A stretch of DNA of 64,000 bases from Obrimoposthia wandeli (lineage: Eukaryota): assembly GCA_977020255.1 (NCBI GenBank), contig CDROCS010001417.1:310001-374000 (forward strand), read 5' to 3'. The stretch's first letter is position 1. Every line of letters starts with the position of its first letter. The notes under the pieces are model-generated. The model saw only the letters and a list, made by a program, of their open reading frames with translations, had not been told where the DNA came from and made no database searches. This document shows positions 53,401 through 64,000 of this stretch, one piece after another. The translations under genes and the position numbers were made by a program.

Positions 53401-56400
53401 AATGAATAGAGTAGAAAAATTTATGAGCTATTGCTGCATGCTGAGGTTTGTTAACTTTCTAAGGGAGCGCGTCGTGTCAGATTCGCAAACCTCTTCAATT
53501 GCATTCTAATTTTTTAATGAATAAGTTGTTTCATATATTTTATCGACCTAAAACTCATTCTGAAATATCTATTTTATATGGCGGGTCTTTATCGAAAGCT
53601 CAATGAAGTGAACAAGGCCAGAAGGCAGGATTTTGACTAATTTATTACAAACGAACCAGATCCACTTTCATAGGCAAGCTTGGCGCAAATCTGCAAAACA
53701 TTCTACGAGAAGAATTTCACTACGTCTCGGAACACGCTGCTTGGAAAGGTGACTTACTACCACAGGAGGTGGAGCACTATGGAAATGTCAGATATTCTGA
53801 AAAACGGCATTATCACTCGTTTTCATGATATGATCATTCTAAAAGTGAAAACTTGGATAGTTAATTTCTTACAAACGCCGCTGATTCTGAATTGACCCTT
53901 CAAGAGGAGCTGTTGGAACTAGCAAAGCTCACTTCAACCATGGAGACTTCATACAACTGTGACAGCGCAACAAAATGAGCAACTCTCTACCTAATATTAT
54001 GGTCCACGATGTGGATTTTGCTGTCGGTATTCTCCACGATTTATTTGTTTGAATCCGGTTTTAGTACAGTAGTCAATATTTTCACAAAACACAGAAACAG
54101 GCATAATAGAATTTAGAGAGGAGTTATGTTTCTGGCTCTCCTTAATCTGAAGCCCGACACCAAGAAATGGCAGCTGAACACCGGGTACAGAGATCTTATT
54201 AGAACATATATATATATATATATATATGTTTATTAAATAAATATAGAAGTTTACTTGGATTTTAATGTTTTTTGTCTATTTTGCTTGGAAGAGGGCGCTT
54301 TCAAAGGTTTAAGGTAAAAATTCATAAAAAGGACACGAGTAAATAAGATTGAGCAAGGAGAAATATTGAAAATGCTTGAAGAAAGAAATTCTTTAATATA
54401 ATATGAAAAAAAAACATGAGAGAAAATTTCTTACTGCACTTAGTAAACTTAAAAACATTAATGAAAAGCAAAAACAATGTATTGCAAGAGTATAAAAAAT
54501 ATATAATTCATATATTAGAAATATATCAAGAATGTTAGACTTAGAAGGTCCTAATTATTATGATACAATTTTTTTTATAAAGGATTTAGTACAGAAGTGC
54601 CAGCCAGATTGATATAATTACTAGTAGAACTAAAAAATATGCAGAAAATTAATTTCTAAAAACAATAGCTTAAAGAATGATACAATGATATGAGGTATGA
54701 TATCAAACTCTGGATATATGGTAATTTATTAACGAAGTATCTTACAAATGATGGCATGTCAAACATTGCTCAAATACAACTAAATAATACAAGGTTGCAC
54801 ATTGCTAAATATACTCTATCGTAGTTAGATGAAAATAAATATTGCTTATATATCTCGGCTGTCTAAGTCCCCAGTTATAAAACATATTTTTGGAAGATTA
54901 TCAAATAGATTCTCACCGAATAATTCAAATTATGAAGACGTCGAGAGCCTCAAGCGTACAATTATAAGAGAATAGAATAAGTAATGTGAAAATGACACAA
55001 AAGAGCTACATCTTTTCTGAACGATTATTAAAGATAGTTTAAAAGAATGTATCATTTAAACATTGTTATTTATAATATTATAACTTTTGTTTTTGCTTAT
55101 TTTATGTTAAAATATGTCATAGGAATATCTTTTTGGAACAAATGAATTTTTTTAATTTACTATTTCTTTTTATTAATGTAGATAAATACAATTTTTGAAA
55201 TATGTATTTCCTTAAACATAAAAATTTATGTTATCTCTACATATTTAAAATTCTTGTCATTGCAGTATAAACGTGTAGAGTTACATACAAAAATTAAGTT
55301 AGGCAAAATCTTTTGGGACGCATTATAATTATTTCATTCTAATATGTATTTTAATAAGCCCAAGTATCAAGTAATTTAGTTGTTTCTATTGGAATATTGG
55401 CAGGCAGAATCAAATAATGGGCTGGTGAAAGTTGAAAAATCAAATGCGAACAATTTGGAGATAGTTGAAGTAAAAGTTTATATCTAATATTCAATCTTAT
55501 ATCCATATTTAGACTCACGTTCCAACAATTAACAATGCTGTTAAAAATGTTTATATTTCTCTGGAGAACCGACCTAGTAAAGATTTAGATTCGGATCATG
55601 TTTCTTTTGCCTCTGAAAATTCCCCAAATGCAGAAAACGCCGAGTCTTTAGATGGCAATGAAATATCTCAAATAAAAACAAATGTTGAAGAAGATGAAAC
55701 AAATGTAGATAAACATAAAGATGATCTAATTTTTGTGCTTGATCGAAATGAGGAAGACATTTTAAATAATGGAAATCCAAACGACACGAAAATTATGAAT
55801 GCTTGTTTAGAAGAAGATTTGGTTTTGGATGTTAATGATGAAGTAGAGATAAGTGTCAAAGAAAAAGAGTTTGAAGCTTTAACTTTCCAGATGAATATCA
55901 AAGTTCCTGAAGAGAACTGTAGTATAAAACAACCTGTGGAAACTAATGAAGGATATATTTCTATAGACGTAAAAAATGAAATCTTTGAGGAAGCAGAATT
56001 TGATTTTAAAAAAATCGATAACTCCATTCACAAACCTCTTTTGGAGCGTGTAGAAATCAAAGAATCTGAAGTTCCGAACGAGGTATTTGGAGAAAATGTG
56101 GAAGATTACACTTCAAAAAATGTTCAAGGACATGAAAAACCGACAAATGAAGAATCTATTGATATTTTGAATAAGAACATACAACTTATTGAAGAACCAA
56201 AATCTGAAGAAAGGTTAGGAATTAAAGGAGACCTTACAAACTTTACAGATACTGATAAGGTTTCAGTTATTGAAGAATTTGTTGAAGTTGAAACGATGAT
56301 ATTGAATGGTACTGGAAGAAAATCTGAAAAAAATATCGAAGAATCAACATTTGAAAATATTCATAAGAATGAAGATTCAACAACCCTTGATATATTGAAA

Positions 56401-59400
56401 ACAGCCGAAGAACCTCCAGAAATGGATTCAATTGTTGTAAACGAGAACGTACAACTAACTGAAGAACCTTCACTTTTTCATTTAGAGTCTATAGAAACGT
56501 TTGAAGAACCTAAAAGTGAAAATATGAAGGAACAAGAAGACGCAGCAGATGTTAAGAAATTTATATCAGAAGAAAAAGTGGAAACAATAATTCAGAATTC
56601 TCGACTTGAAGAGGAACCTCCTGTATTGGCGGAAAATCTAGAACGATCCTTAGAAAATGCGTCCAAACAAAACTTTTTGTCAACTGCTACAAGGTTCGAA
56701 GATAGCACTGAAATAAACTTTGCGGAAACAAATTTCGGAAAATGTGAAAGAAATAAAGATGATAGTCTTAAATCAAACGAAGACCCCGATTTATTTAGTG
56801 GTGATAAAAAGCAAGAAAAAAAGAATGAGTTCAAAGAAGAAAACTTTGAAAAGTATACAAAGGAGCATGAAATTATTGTGGAAAGTGCATTATCAGATTC
56901 GTTAAGTAAAGAACTTTCTGCTTTAAACGAAGGAGATTTACTTTTGAAATTGGATAGTTTTGAAGGATGTGAAGAATCGGTATTTACAGACAAAGACAAC
57001 AAAAATTGCAATGATTTGACGAATTTTTTCGAAATCGAGAATACAAATAACTTGGAACCTTCAAAAGAAGTATGTTATGATTCTTTATTGTTGTTTTATT
57101 ATTATTTTACTAAGTGTAAGGTATAAAATTGATACTATATTGGTACTATAAATTCCATGATAAAGCCAGGTATGTATGAAATTTTCAATAAACAGAAAAA
57201 TTTTATTATTGCGATTTTAAAATTTTATCACAACCACAAATTCTGTTGTACTGATATATTTAACTTATACTCGTTTATATATCAAGTTTTGAATACCAAG
57301 ATTTATGGTGTAAAATTCGGAGTCTACTTATATATGAATATTAGTATTGATTAGTATTTTTAATTTTAAGACTCGTATTCAGTAACATTTCTTCAAGAAA
57401 TCAATAACCAATGAAGCTTAAAGGAGTAATTTAAGGAGATATTTCAGGAATTTTAGCTATTGGTATTGATAAATTATCCATATCTGAGAAAATAACATTA
57501 CAAATTATTTAAGGGAAAATGGTATCAAAATAATGAAGCTTTCTCATTATTAATAAAAATAAATAAATACGTTTGAAGTTAGTAATAATTTTAAGTTAAT
57601 TGAACATTTTAAATTGAAAATTCTTTCAATTAGTGTAATTAGTCGTGATAATAAAAATATTTTATCTAAAAACAAACAAGTTTCTGTAATTAAAAATATA
57701 ATTTTGGAAATAATATAATTTTTAATTTTTTTAAGACAAAGATAATCAAAATCTACAACATCCCAGTAATAAATTACAAATTAGTATTCAAATCAATAAA
57801 AAATATTCCAAAAAGTATTCCAATTGAGTACACAAAAATACAATTTACATAATCTTAATTTCGATTCTGTTAACGTATACTACTTTTCTATCAGAATTTT
57901 TCATCTCCAACGATTCAATTTGAAATTGATTAGTAATGATATAACTTCAACAACAAAAAGAATTAACAACTTTGAAGTTGAATACTTCACTTTGAAATAT
58001 CTTATATATTGGGAGAAACTCCTACAGTTATTGATTTAAATTTTATAATTTTTAGTGTTTATTTAGAGAATTATATTTTAATTCTTAATTTAATATTAAG
58101 CTAAATATCTTGAAAACCCTGCAACATCATAGCATGGATGAGCATTTTCATTTGTGCGATGGTCAGGTAGAAGACACTCTAGAGTTGAACCTTTACATAT
58201 TTATTTTCTTTCTTAGAAAAGAAACGGTGCATTTGTATTGTGAATTATTAAGAAGAATTTAATTACAGGAATTACCCTTAGGTTTCCAGTCAAGTACGGT
58301 AACAACCCCAGATTATTTACATATACATTCTCCGTTTACTTATCTCATCCCGCATGCCACTCGCTCTAATCGAAGAATCAACGAAGAATGGAGCGTAATC
58401 AACAATTTTCGTCATCATTGCCACCTAAATTTTTATTTTGTTAGGATACTTCAATCTCTTATAATTGTTAGTGCCCTGGTTGATTATATTTTAATTTATC
58501 TAGAATAAAATAGATCTAATGCTATGTAATTTCATTAAAAACCTAATTTAAAAAAAGTGTTTTTAAACACAAAATAAATAAATAACTATTTGATAAATAC
58601 AGGGTAATTCTTGTAATTAAATTCTTGCTAATAATTCACAAAACAATATGCATTGTTTCTTTTCTAAGCAATTTTAACTGAAGCTAAATCAAAATGAAAG
58701 AAAATAAATATGTAAAAGTTCAACTCTAGAGTATTAACTACCTGACCATTGCAGAAATGAAAATTCTCATCTATGATATTTTTGATATTTTTTAAATTTA
58801 AACAGGTTTAAACCTGTATGCATATTTACAAAGAAATCGAAAATATTAAGTTTGACTAAATTATTCTCTTTAAAAATCCCTCGAAATAATTTTCTTTCAA
58901 ATATAGTTTGGTTTAGTTACTTATTATAAAATTTAGATAATTTTATTTAAATCTTTGTTTCAGGTTTTACCATTACATGAAAGAAATCTGTTTGTAAAGA
59001 ATGTTGAAAGCAGAGAACCGGAAAAAGAAACATTTTTGGTAAGATGCTAATTTGTACTATAACTCATTATTGTGAATAATTTTCTTAACTCAATAATAAA
59101 ACGTATTTTTTTATTGAATTTTATTTGTGAAATTTTTTTAACATATATTTTGAAAAATTCTGCATTTTAGATTTTTAACGCTTGCTTCTTATATCTATAT
59201 CTTAGTCTTTGTATATTTTTGTCTGGATATCCATATAGCAGACATACTTATTATAAAACATGAAAACAAATATAATTAATCATGAATTTCTTACACGGGA
59301 ACGAATTGTTTTGTGCAATGCTCTAATTTTGATATTTTGAAATTCTTAAATTACAATAAACCTTATAATATTCGAAATATAGGTTGGGTGTTGAATGACT

Positions 59401-61234
59401 CCAAATAAAAATTAACAGTTTAAAAATTCAAATTGTAACTGTATTTAGTAAATTTACATAATTTCCTTTTCCTTCCATAAATTCTTTTAATTTCCAGTAG
59501 TGTAAACGTATCTTTTATTTATTTTAGTTTACTTTTCTTTCATTTAATTTTTGAAATGTCACAGACATATATGTTCTATGGTAAAATAAATAATATGAAA
59601 GATAAAACATTTAATTTGTTTTGATTTTAAAAAATTACTGGAGAAAAGTTAATATTTATTCTTAACATTTAATTTGCTAAATACCTGCAAAAACAAAAAT
59701 TTTGAACTAAACGAACAAATTAATTTTGTTTTAAATAAAAGATGTATGTAATAAGAAAATACCCTACTATTGAGATAACTACAACACTTATGCAGGCGAC
59801 TATTACAAAGCCGTCAGAATTATATTCAAATTAAAGGAAAATGCTAAAACAAATAAATATATATGCATCTTAATAAGCTCCGAAATTTTACAACAATTTT
59901 CTCATGAATATAAGAAACTGTAGCAATTTTGAAAATTTCAAGACGCAGCTGAAGACTTTACTAATTTGAAATTATTGTGAAGAATAAAGTAAAACCAGAA
60001 GCACGTTTGAGTAATAAATCAAGGATTTATTAGATATAAACGCTGTATTAAATATATTATTGTAATTATTAATTGTTCCTAAATAGACAAAATATCAGAT
60101 GAAGCTGATTTTGAAAGAATTATTTTCTGCAATGATGTATGTAGGTTATATTAATAAATAAATTTTGTATATTATTTCTTGTAAATATAACTGAACTTAA
60201 TATTAAAAGTTTTGAATTATTTTGAAGTTAAAATTTATTTCACAAATATTATAACTTTAAAAATAGTTAATTTTATGTTCTAACTCAGAATTATATTTAA
60301 CCTATTCAAAATCCCATTTTTAAATATATTTAATGCATAACATTTGAAACATTACAATTTTAAAACAAACAAACAAAATGCACTTCTTTCTTTTTTTATA
60401 TGTCTATTTAGCAAATATTAAGCAAAGATTCGTAGTCAATTTAATATGATTAATTTATAAAATTAGAATTATTAAGATTAAATAAATATACCACTTGATA
60501 TTTTTATCTTAATAATAAACATTATTTGCTCAAAAACTCAAGCAACTGGCTATTTTCAAACTCATTCACTTCGATATTTACAAAATAAGTTCAACAATCA
60601 ATATCATAAAATTTAATCGCTCACATCACTATGTTTAGAATTTTTGTCCTTTTCACTAGCAATCATTCATATTTGTAATGATTTCAAACTGGAAATTTTA
60701 AGTAATCCGGGTATAATATGGAACTGTCTATTTCGAAAAACTGCAGATAGATGATGTTTTGAAAATAATTATTAAAACAACAAACTGTAGCCGTAAACAT
60801 GCGCTAAATCATTGCGAATTTGTTGCACTACTTGAGAAGTGGGAAGTGTTTAAGTCGCGAAGCTGGGTACATATATGAAATTGAAGTTGTCGTGTACCGA
60901 TAAACTCTTTTCCGCCAGCCGCTTACAAATGATGCCTCCACCCCGCATGCAATTTCAGTTTAATACCCCTAAAACAGAATACTTTAATAACATTTTCTTC
61001 TCTTTCTTGGCATTAAATGAAATTTATATAAAATTTGCTTTTCAGACTCAAAGAAATGCACCAAGTGAAGTGGAAGAAATGAAAACTCAGGAGAATCTTG
61101 ATATCCAAAGCAATTCTCCTGACATTGAAGATGATGTCAAGTCTTCACTTAGCCGCAGAGTTTTAATGTTTCTTCTATTACTTTTATTAATTATCTTGCT
61201 GCTACTGTCGTCATCAAAATCTAAGTCAAATTGA
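17477..61234 (+). CDS. Spliced gene: tandem calponin-homology domains, acidic linker and C-terminal transmembrane segment (calmin-like or KASH-less nesprin-like), about 962-1004 aa
   Basis: Phase-consistent GT-AG exons are 17477-17522, 39332-39393, 41395-41490, 42364-42450, 42657-42749, 43892-44094, 44257-44453, 44557-44720, 51184-51249, 51303-51356, 55513-57069, (58269-58394, uncertain), 58964-59038 and 61046-61234. CH1 motifs: [72 protein letters not shown]2 motifs: [48 protein letters not shown]. The C-terminus is [26 protein letters not shown]. Confidence 0.85.
18221..19276 (+). mobile_element. Internally deleted hAT DNA transposon, 1056 bp
   Basis: The 16-bp TIRs CAGTGGTGGGATTCAA and TTGAATCCCACCACTG are perfect, as is the 8-bp TSD GATTAAGG (18213-18220 and 19277-19284). 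Subterminal AACCGGTT repeats are present. Confidence 0.95.
18640..19164 (+). pseudogene. hAT transposase C-terminal dimerisation-domain fragment
   Basis: [25 protein letters not shown] matches the hATC motif; the rest of the transposase is missing. Confidence 0.9.
21880..22075 (-). mobile_element. Possible pogo/Tigger HTH remnant
   Basis: Frameshifted minus-strand pieces [12 protein letters not shown] and [12 protein letters not shown] resemble the Tigger N-terminus. Confidence 0.3.
24540..24636. repeat. Subterminal hairpin (39-bp stem, 1 mismatch, 19-nt loop); mirrored at 38743-38845
   Basis: 24540-24578 pairs with 24598-24636. A nested perfect 24-bp palindrome, tgtggagtgaaatttcactccaca, lies at 24589-24612. 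Confidence 0.9.
24696..25517 (+). repeat. 46/47-bp minisatellite, about 18 copies (left arm)
   Basis: The unit is gtcacagactagcttg(g)gcgatgtgcggatgtctcgctctcatatat. Units start at 24696, 24742, 24788, 24834, 24881 and so on to 25487, head-to-tail with no spacers. Confidence 0.95.
25521..25586 (+). repeat. (CACCA)13 microsatellite (left arm)
   Basis: Direct reading of the sequence. Confidence 0.95.
26114..26578 (-). pseudogene. polB: Polinton-type DNA polymerase B C-terminal fragment (left-arm copy)
   Basis: It reads [23 protein letters not shown]...VFLRSKSYS...F*MRAKG...[11 protein letters not shown]. It has an in-frame TAG after DGKF and an extra TAA at the codon that is CAA in the right copy. 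Confidence 0.8.
30919..31113 (-). CDS. Short hypothetical ORF in the element core, divergent from the TBP-like gene
   Basis: 64-aa ORF from the track, separated from the TBP-like ATG by 110 bp containing TATATAAG. No recognisable homology. Confidence 0.25.
   Translation of the reverse strand: MKMDNQDRASTYIGSGSNLYANMDYNRNNHRENINPVTETITRPTRVTEEREPFKDMTNTKRFT
31224..31945 (+). pseudogene. TATA-binding-protein-like pseudogene (interrupted by the mini-element, stops and frameshifts)
   Basis: It reads [17 protein letters not shown]...[63 protein letters not shown]. This aligns with the TBP repeat pattern IQN...PIRL...YEPELFPGLIYR...IF.SGK.V.TG.K. Confidence 0.8.
31299..31508. mobile_element. 210-bp near-perfect palindromic mini-element with AGTAGG...CCTACT ends (second family)
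   Basis: Two arms of about 103 bp surround a GGA loop. The arm sequence matches the element end at 63455 (AGTAGGT.GAAGGATGGAGTCTA..CCACTTGACCCCC...GGTGTCACACCATAAGG). The flanks are TTTAGT and TTTACC, an imperfect TSD. Confidence 0.8.
32296..32743 (+). pseudogene. Dual-specificity phosphatase-like (pseudophosphatase) remnant
   Basis: It reads LYIENY...[36 protein letters not shown], then [16 protein letters not shown], following the DSP order LYIG..THVIN..GKVLVHC..G.SRS..IAYL..PN..F..QL. It has stops and frameshifts. Confidence 0.7.
32782..33063 (+). CDS. Intact 93-aa hypothetical protein with a C-terminal hydrophobic tail
   Basis: The ORF is uninterrupted and ends [33 protein letters not shown] lies about 30 nt upstream (about 32745). 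A decayed duplicate of its start and of the DSP tail lies at about 33120-33320. Confidence 0.5.
   Translation: MSTRNYFKQDVDRAVKSFISKYLIEENVLRLIEATDLPLEEHVRRIIHNKAVNLLILGYNKKKEEMKEKKRSFFWEKSFLLFVGGYILIKYFK
37304..37765 (+). pseudogene. polB: Polinton-type DNA polymerase B C-terminal fragment (right-arm copy)
   Basis: ORFs 37226..37516 and 37517..37765 are in frame across one TAG. Motifs are DT.KF...HPL...[44 protein letters not shown]. The catalytic YxDTDS region is absent. Confidence 0.8.
38341..38435 (-). repeat. (GTGGT)19 microsatellite (right arm)
   Basis: Direct reading; it mirrors the left (CACCA)13 tract. Confidence 0.95.
38448..38679 (-). repeat. 46/47-bp minisatellite, 5 copies (right arm)
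   Basis: Reverse-complement units end in gtgac at 38495, 38541, 38587, 38633 and 38679. Confidence 0.95.
44759..45250 (-). mobile_element. hAT (Charlie/Buster-type) 3' remnant
   Basis: A TIR-like CAGGGATGGCGCACCT lies at 44759. The minus-strand [15 protein letters not shown] resembles the hATC motif. The other end was not found. Confidence 0.55.
45975..48118 (-). mobile_element. Heavily deleted Ty3/Gypsy element with both LTRs (about 2.1 kb)
   Basis: Near-identical LTRs of about 278 bp lie at 45975-46253 and 47841-48118. The PBS TGGCGACCACG directly follows the 5' LTR. Also present are a gag start (47632..47841), RT (FSSIDLKSAYYQI...TAFST.FG.Y) and integrase ([32 protein letters not shown]). 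Confidence 0.9.
51455..52030 (-). mobile_element. LTR-retrotransposon integrase remnant in an intron
   Basis: [12 protein letters not shown]...LPQIEFSLN...SSFQIIYGR matches the C-terminal half of the rve integrase core. Confidence 0.7.
52740..54200 (+). mobile_element. Degenerate hAT (Buster/Charlie-type) transposase remnant
   Basis: Frameshifted pieces include [35 protein letters not shown] and [24 protein letters not shown]. Boundaries are approximate. Confidence 0.7.
55513..57069 (+). CDS. Large 1557-bp exon of the CH-CH-TM gene (acidic, low-complexity linker)
   Basis: It is open in one frame from TTTAG|ACTCAC to GAA|GTATGT, contains ORF-track entry 55735..57126, and is rich in Glu, Asn and Lys. 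Confidence 0.85.
58137..58771. repeat. Foldback/MITE-like element with imperfect inverted arms of about 140-170 bp
   Basis: 58137-58279 is the reverse complement of about 58600-58771, allowing one insertion of about 25-30 nt. For example, ctctagagttgaacctttacatatttattttct pairs with agaaaataaatatgtaaaagttcaactctagag. Confidence 0.75.
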
Positions 61235-63454
61235 TTGGATCTTTATATTTATTGATACATTACAATAGCGTTGCCATAACAGGGCATGGAATACATGAAT
61301 CCCAGTTTGAAAATAGGCGTCTCTAACAATACATCAATCAATTCCTGGAACACAGGACGAGCTATCAAATATTAAATTTACACATTTATCCTTTGTTTCG
61401 CTTTTATTAATTTGAATGTTAACATAATTTATTAAGCTTTATCGGAATATTTTTATAACAATAAAATAAAAATACAAATATCTCGTAAATGCTATCTTTT
61501 GAAATTTCACAATTGTAATACATGTATGCTGAAAATTTCTTTAAAAATCAAATAAATTTAAAAAAGTTACTTAATGTCAAAATTTATTGTTTTTTTTAAT
61601 CATATATAATTTTAAGCATTTTTATACATATCTCAGTTATTGTTTGACAAATTACACTATGTGTGATCGTCCTAAAAAGAAAACTTTTCTCAAACTTTAG
61701 CGAAATTAAATCACTAACTTCAGTCTCAATTAAAAGTATATTTGTAATATTTTGAATTACTCAATATATTTTTAAATTTATTTTTGTCTTTCTTAAGGTC
61801 AGTCATCTTTTAGATAAGCTCATTTGCAGCAAGGCACATTTAATATATAATCTTTACCCAGGAAATGCCTGTTAATCTCATTTTTTTAAAAATACGTCGT
61901 CTTGAGTGTTTACAGAAGAAAATCGGATAGGGAAGCGATAGTTATACTTTTTCTTTTTAAAGTTATTTTTAGTCAAAATTTTACAGGAAGAGATATATTT
62001 TCAAACATTATTTATATTTGATTTTTTTATATTTAATTATACTAAATACATTTAAGAATATCTTTATTCAAATATTTTTTGAAAGTTTAATATGAATTAT
62101 TTAATGTATTAATTAAAGTTTTATTTTCAAATTGAACAAATTTTGGGAGCCGGTAAAATAAAACATTTCAAGATAAAACTTTATTTTTTTACATAAAATC
62201 GATCCATCGATAACATTCAAAGACTTTTTTTATTAGATAATTACATGCTTACTTTTATTATTCAGCATGTGATTATCTACATATTTTTACATTCTGCATT
62301 TACAGCTTATGTTAGACATAATTCCGTTCTAAAACAGTTTCAAATATGAAAAATGCATACATTTTTTTCAGAATTTCCACAGCATCACATTTTAAAGATT
62401 TTCTAACACTTTGAGGCCCAAAGTATATTGAATGTCCTATAAGATCATCAGAATTAATTTTATTCCTGAATATATTTAAATTTCTTTCTAATGCATTTTG
62501 AAAATGGAAATCTAAAAAAAATTACAGAGTTCAAAAGAAAATAGTGGATTCTGTTATAGAATTTATAGAATTAATATTATAAAAAAAATCGATTTAATAG
62601 TTTCATATTAATTAAATATATTAATAACAAGAAGTTCTGTGTATAAAACATAAAATAAATAGTTATTTTTATATTAGTATAAAATGTTTTGTCCACAATA
62701 AAAATAAAACTGAGTAATATGCTAAACTCATTAATGTTGACATTGTCGAATTTATGGATATAAGTTAAAATTTTTCTTATAATACTTAAGGACGGACGTG
62801 AACAAAATAATATCGTACATCGTACAAAAAATACATTTCTAGAAAGTTGGCAATAGAATTTTCATAAAATCACTTTCCAATCACTTTTTAGTATTTTTTT
62901 ATATGATGTTGAAGGTTATGTGCTTTAAATTAATTAAAGCTATCTCTCATGTCAATTGATGCTTTAAGCGTAAAAACTTGAATACTTTTCTAATTTGTAA
63001 CACTTTATTATACATTTGTCTAAACTTTAGCCAAAATTTAGAAACAAAATGCTTACTTTTAAAAACTCTCAAATAGAACAAATTTTACACATGTTACATT
63101 CCCTAATTTATCTTAGGTATAATTTTTTAATGTAAATCGATTATTTACATACTATTTATTAAATGCAGATAAAAAACTTTTTCTTAGAATACTCAAGAGA
63201 TTAAATTGAAGACTAAGTTACCAGTGAACCAATCATAACTAGAGTTTCAAAAAAAAATCAAATAATGTTCATTTCAAACAATAAAAAATTATGGTTTATA
63301 AAGACCAATTAAATACTTCACATTGATATTTTTATACAAAATACATTTGACGTAAGCATAAAAATATTAATATTAAAACTTATTCAAAATTGAAATTGTA
63401 AAAAAATATTTTCAAATTTTGCCATGTAGCCCGAGAGAATTAATATTAATTAAG

Positions 63455-64000
63455 AGTAGGTAGAAGGATGGAGTCTAAGCCACTTGACCCCCCCTCCCCC
63501 CCGTGTGCACACACCAAGTTAAAGGGTGTCACACCATAAGGGTGTCACACCATAAGGGTGTCTTGCCACACCATAAGGGTATATGTTGCCTCACCATAGT
63601 GGTGTCACACCATGAAGGTATATGTTGACTCACCATAAGGGTGTCACACCATAAGGGTGTCTTGCCACACCATAAGGGTATATGTTGCCTCACCATAGGG
63701 GTGTCACACCATGAAGGTATATGTTGACTCACCATAAGGGTGTCTTGCCACACCATAAGGGTCTGGCTCAGAAAGGTTAAGATAGGGGGGAGGGGGGGAA
63801 GGGTCAAGTGGCTTAGTCTCCAACCTTCTTTGGTATACCACTATGGTCGTCCATAATTCAAAGGGTCAAGGTCAGTTTTGACTTGAAGGTTTGAAGGTAT
63901 GGTCATGACCGTCTTTGGTCGGCCAACATACCCAAGGGGTTGTGGTCGTCCATAGGTCAAAGGGTCGGGGTCAGTTTTGACTTGAAGGTTTTAAGGTATG
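63455..64000 (+). mobile_element. Left end of a second AGTAGG-terminated (Polinton-like) element, truncated by the window edge
   Basis: It starts AGTAGGTAGAAGGATGGAGTCTAAGCCACTTGACCCCC, the same family as 31299. The first 40 nt or so pair with 63785-63829. It contains arrays of GGTGTCACACCATAAG-type units with a 99-bp higher-order period (63541 and 63640) and a second 99-bp-period repeat (63844 and 63943). Confidence 0.65.

Noticed and set aside
55574-57011. Antisense or overlapping ORFs 55574..55780, 55668..56027, 56267..56473, 56592..57011 and 56720..56905
   Set aside because: They are shadows of the large acidic exon.
61235-61380. Possible KASH peptide after the TM segment through a short intron
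   Set aside because: Alternative splices give no PPPX end and no KASH-like cysteine pattern.
63529-63807. 92-aa ORF on the minus strand
   Set aside because: It is a translation of the subterminal tandem repeats.

Overview
This is AT-rich eukaryotic, probably invertebrate, nuclear DNA. One spliced host gene spans most of the window (17477-61234, + strand, about 14 exons, about 960-1000 aa). It has two N-terminal calponin-homology domains, a long acidic linker and a C-terminal transmembrane segment, a calmin-like or KASH-less nesprin-like architecture. Its introns and the upstream region hold many transposon remnants: Ty3/Gypsy, hAT elements and a MITE with perfect 8-bp TSDs, and pogo/Tigger. 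The main feature lies in its 21.8-kb first intron. It is a 14.4-kb element (24503-38883) with AGTAGG...CCTACT ends and a perfect 6-bp TSD (AGTATA), which are Polinton/Maverick hallmarks, but its inverted arms are very long (about 6.2 and 5.5 kb). Each arm carries a subterminal hairpin, a 46/47-bp minisatellite, a (CACCA)n tract and a broken C-terminal part of a Polinton-type DNA polymerase B. The 2.7-kb core carries virus-like cargo: a TBP-like pseudogene, a STYX-like dual-specificity phosphatase pseudogene and an intact 93-aa ORF with a hydrophobic tail. A 210-bp palindromic mini-element from a second family with the same terminal motif is inserted in the TBP-like gene. The end of a larger member of that second family starts at 63455 and runs off the window. 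All calls come from manual reading and translation; no searches were run.
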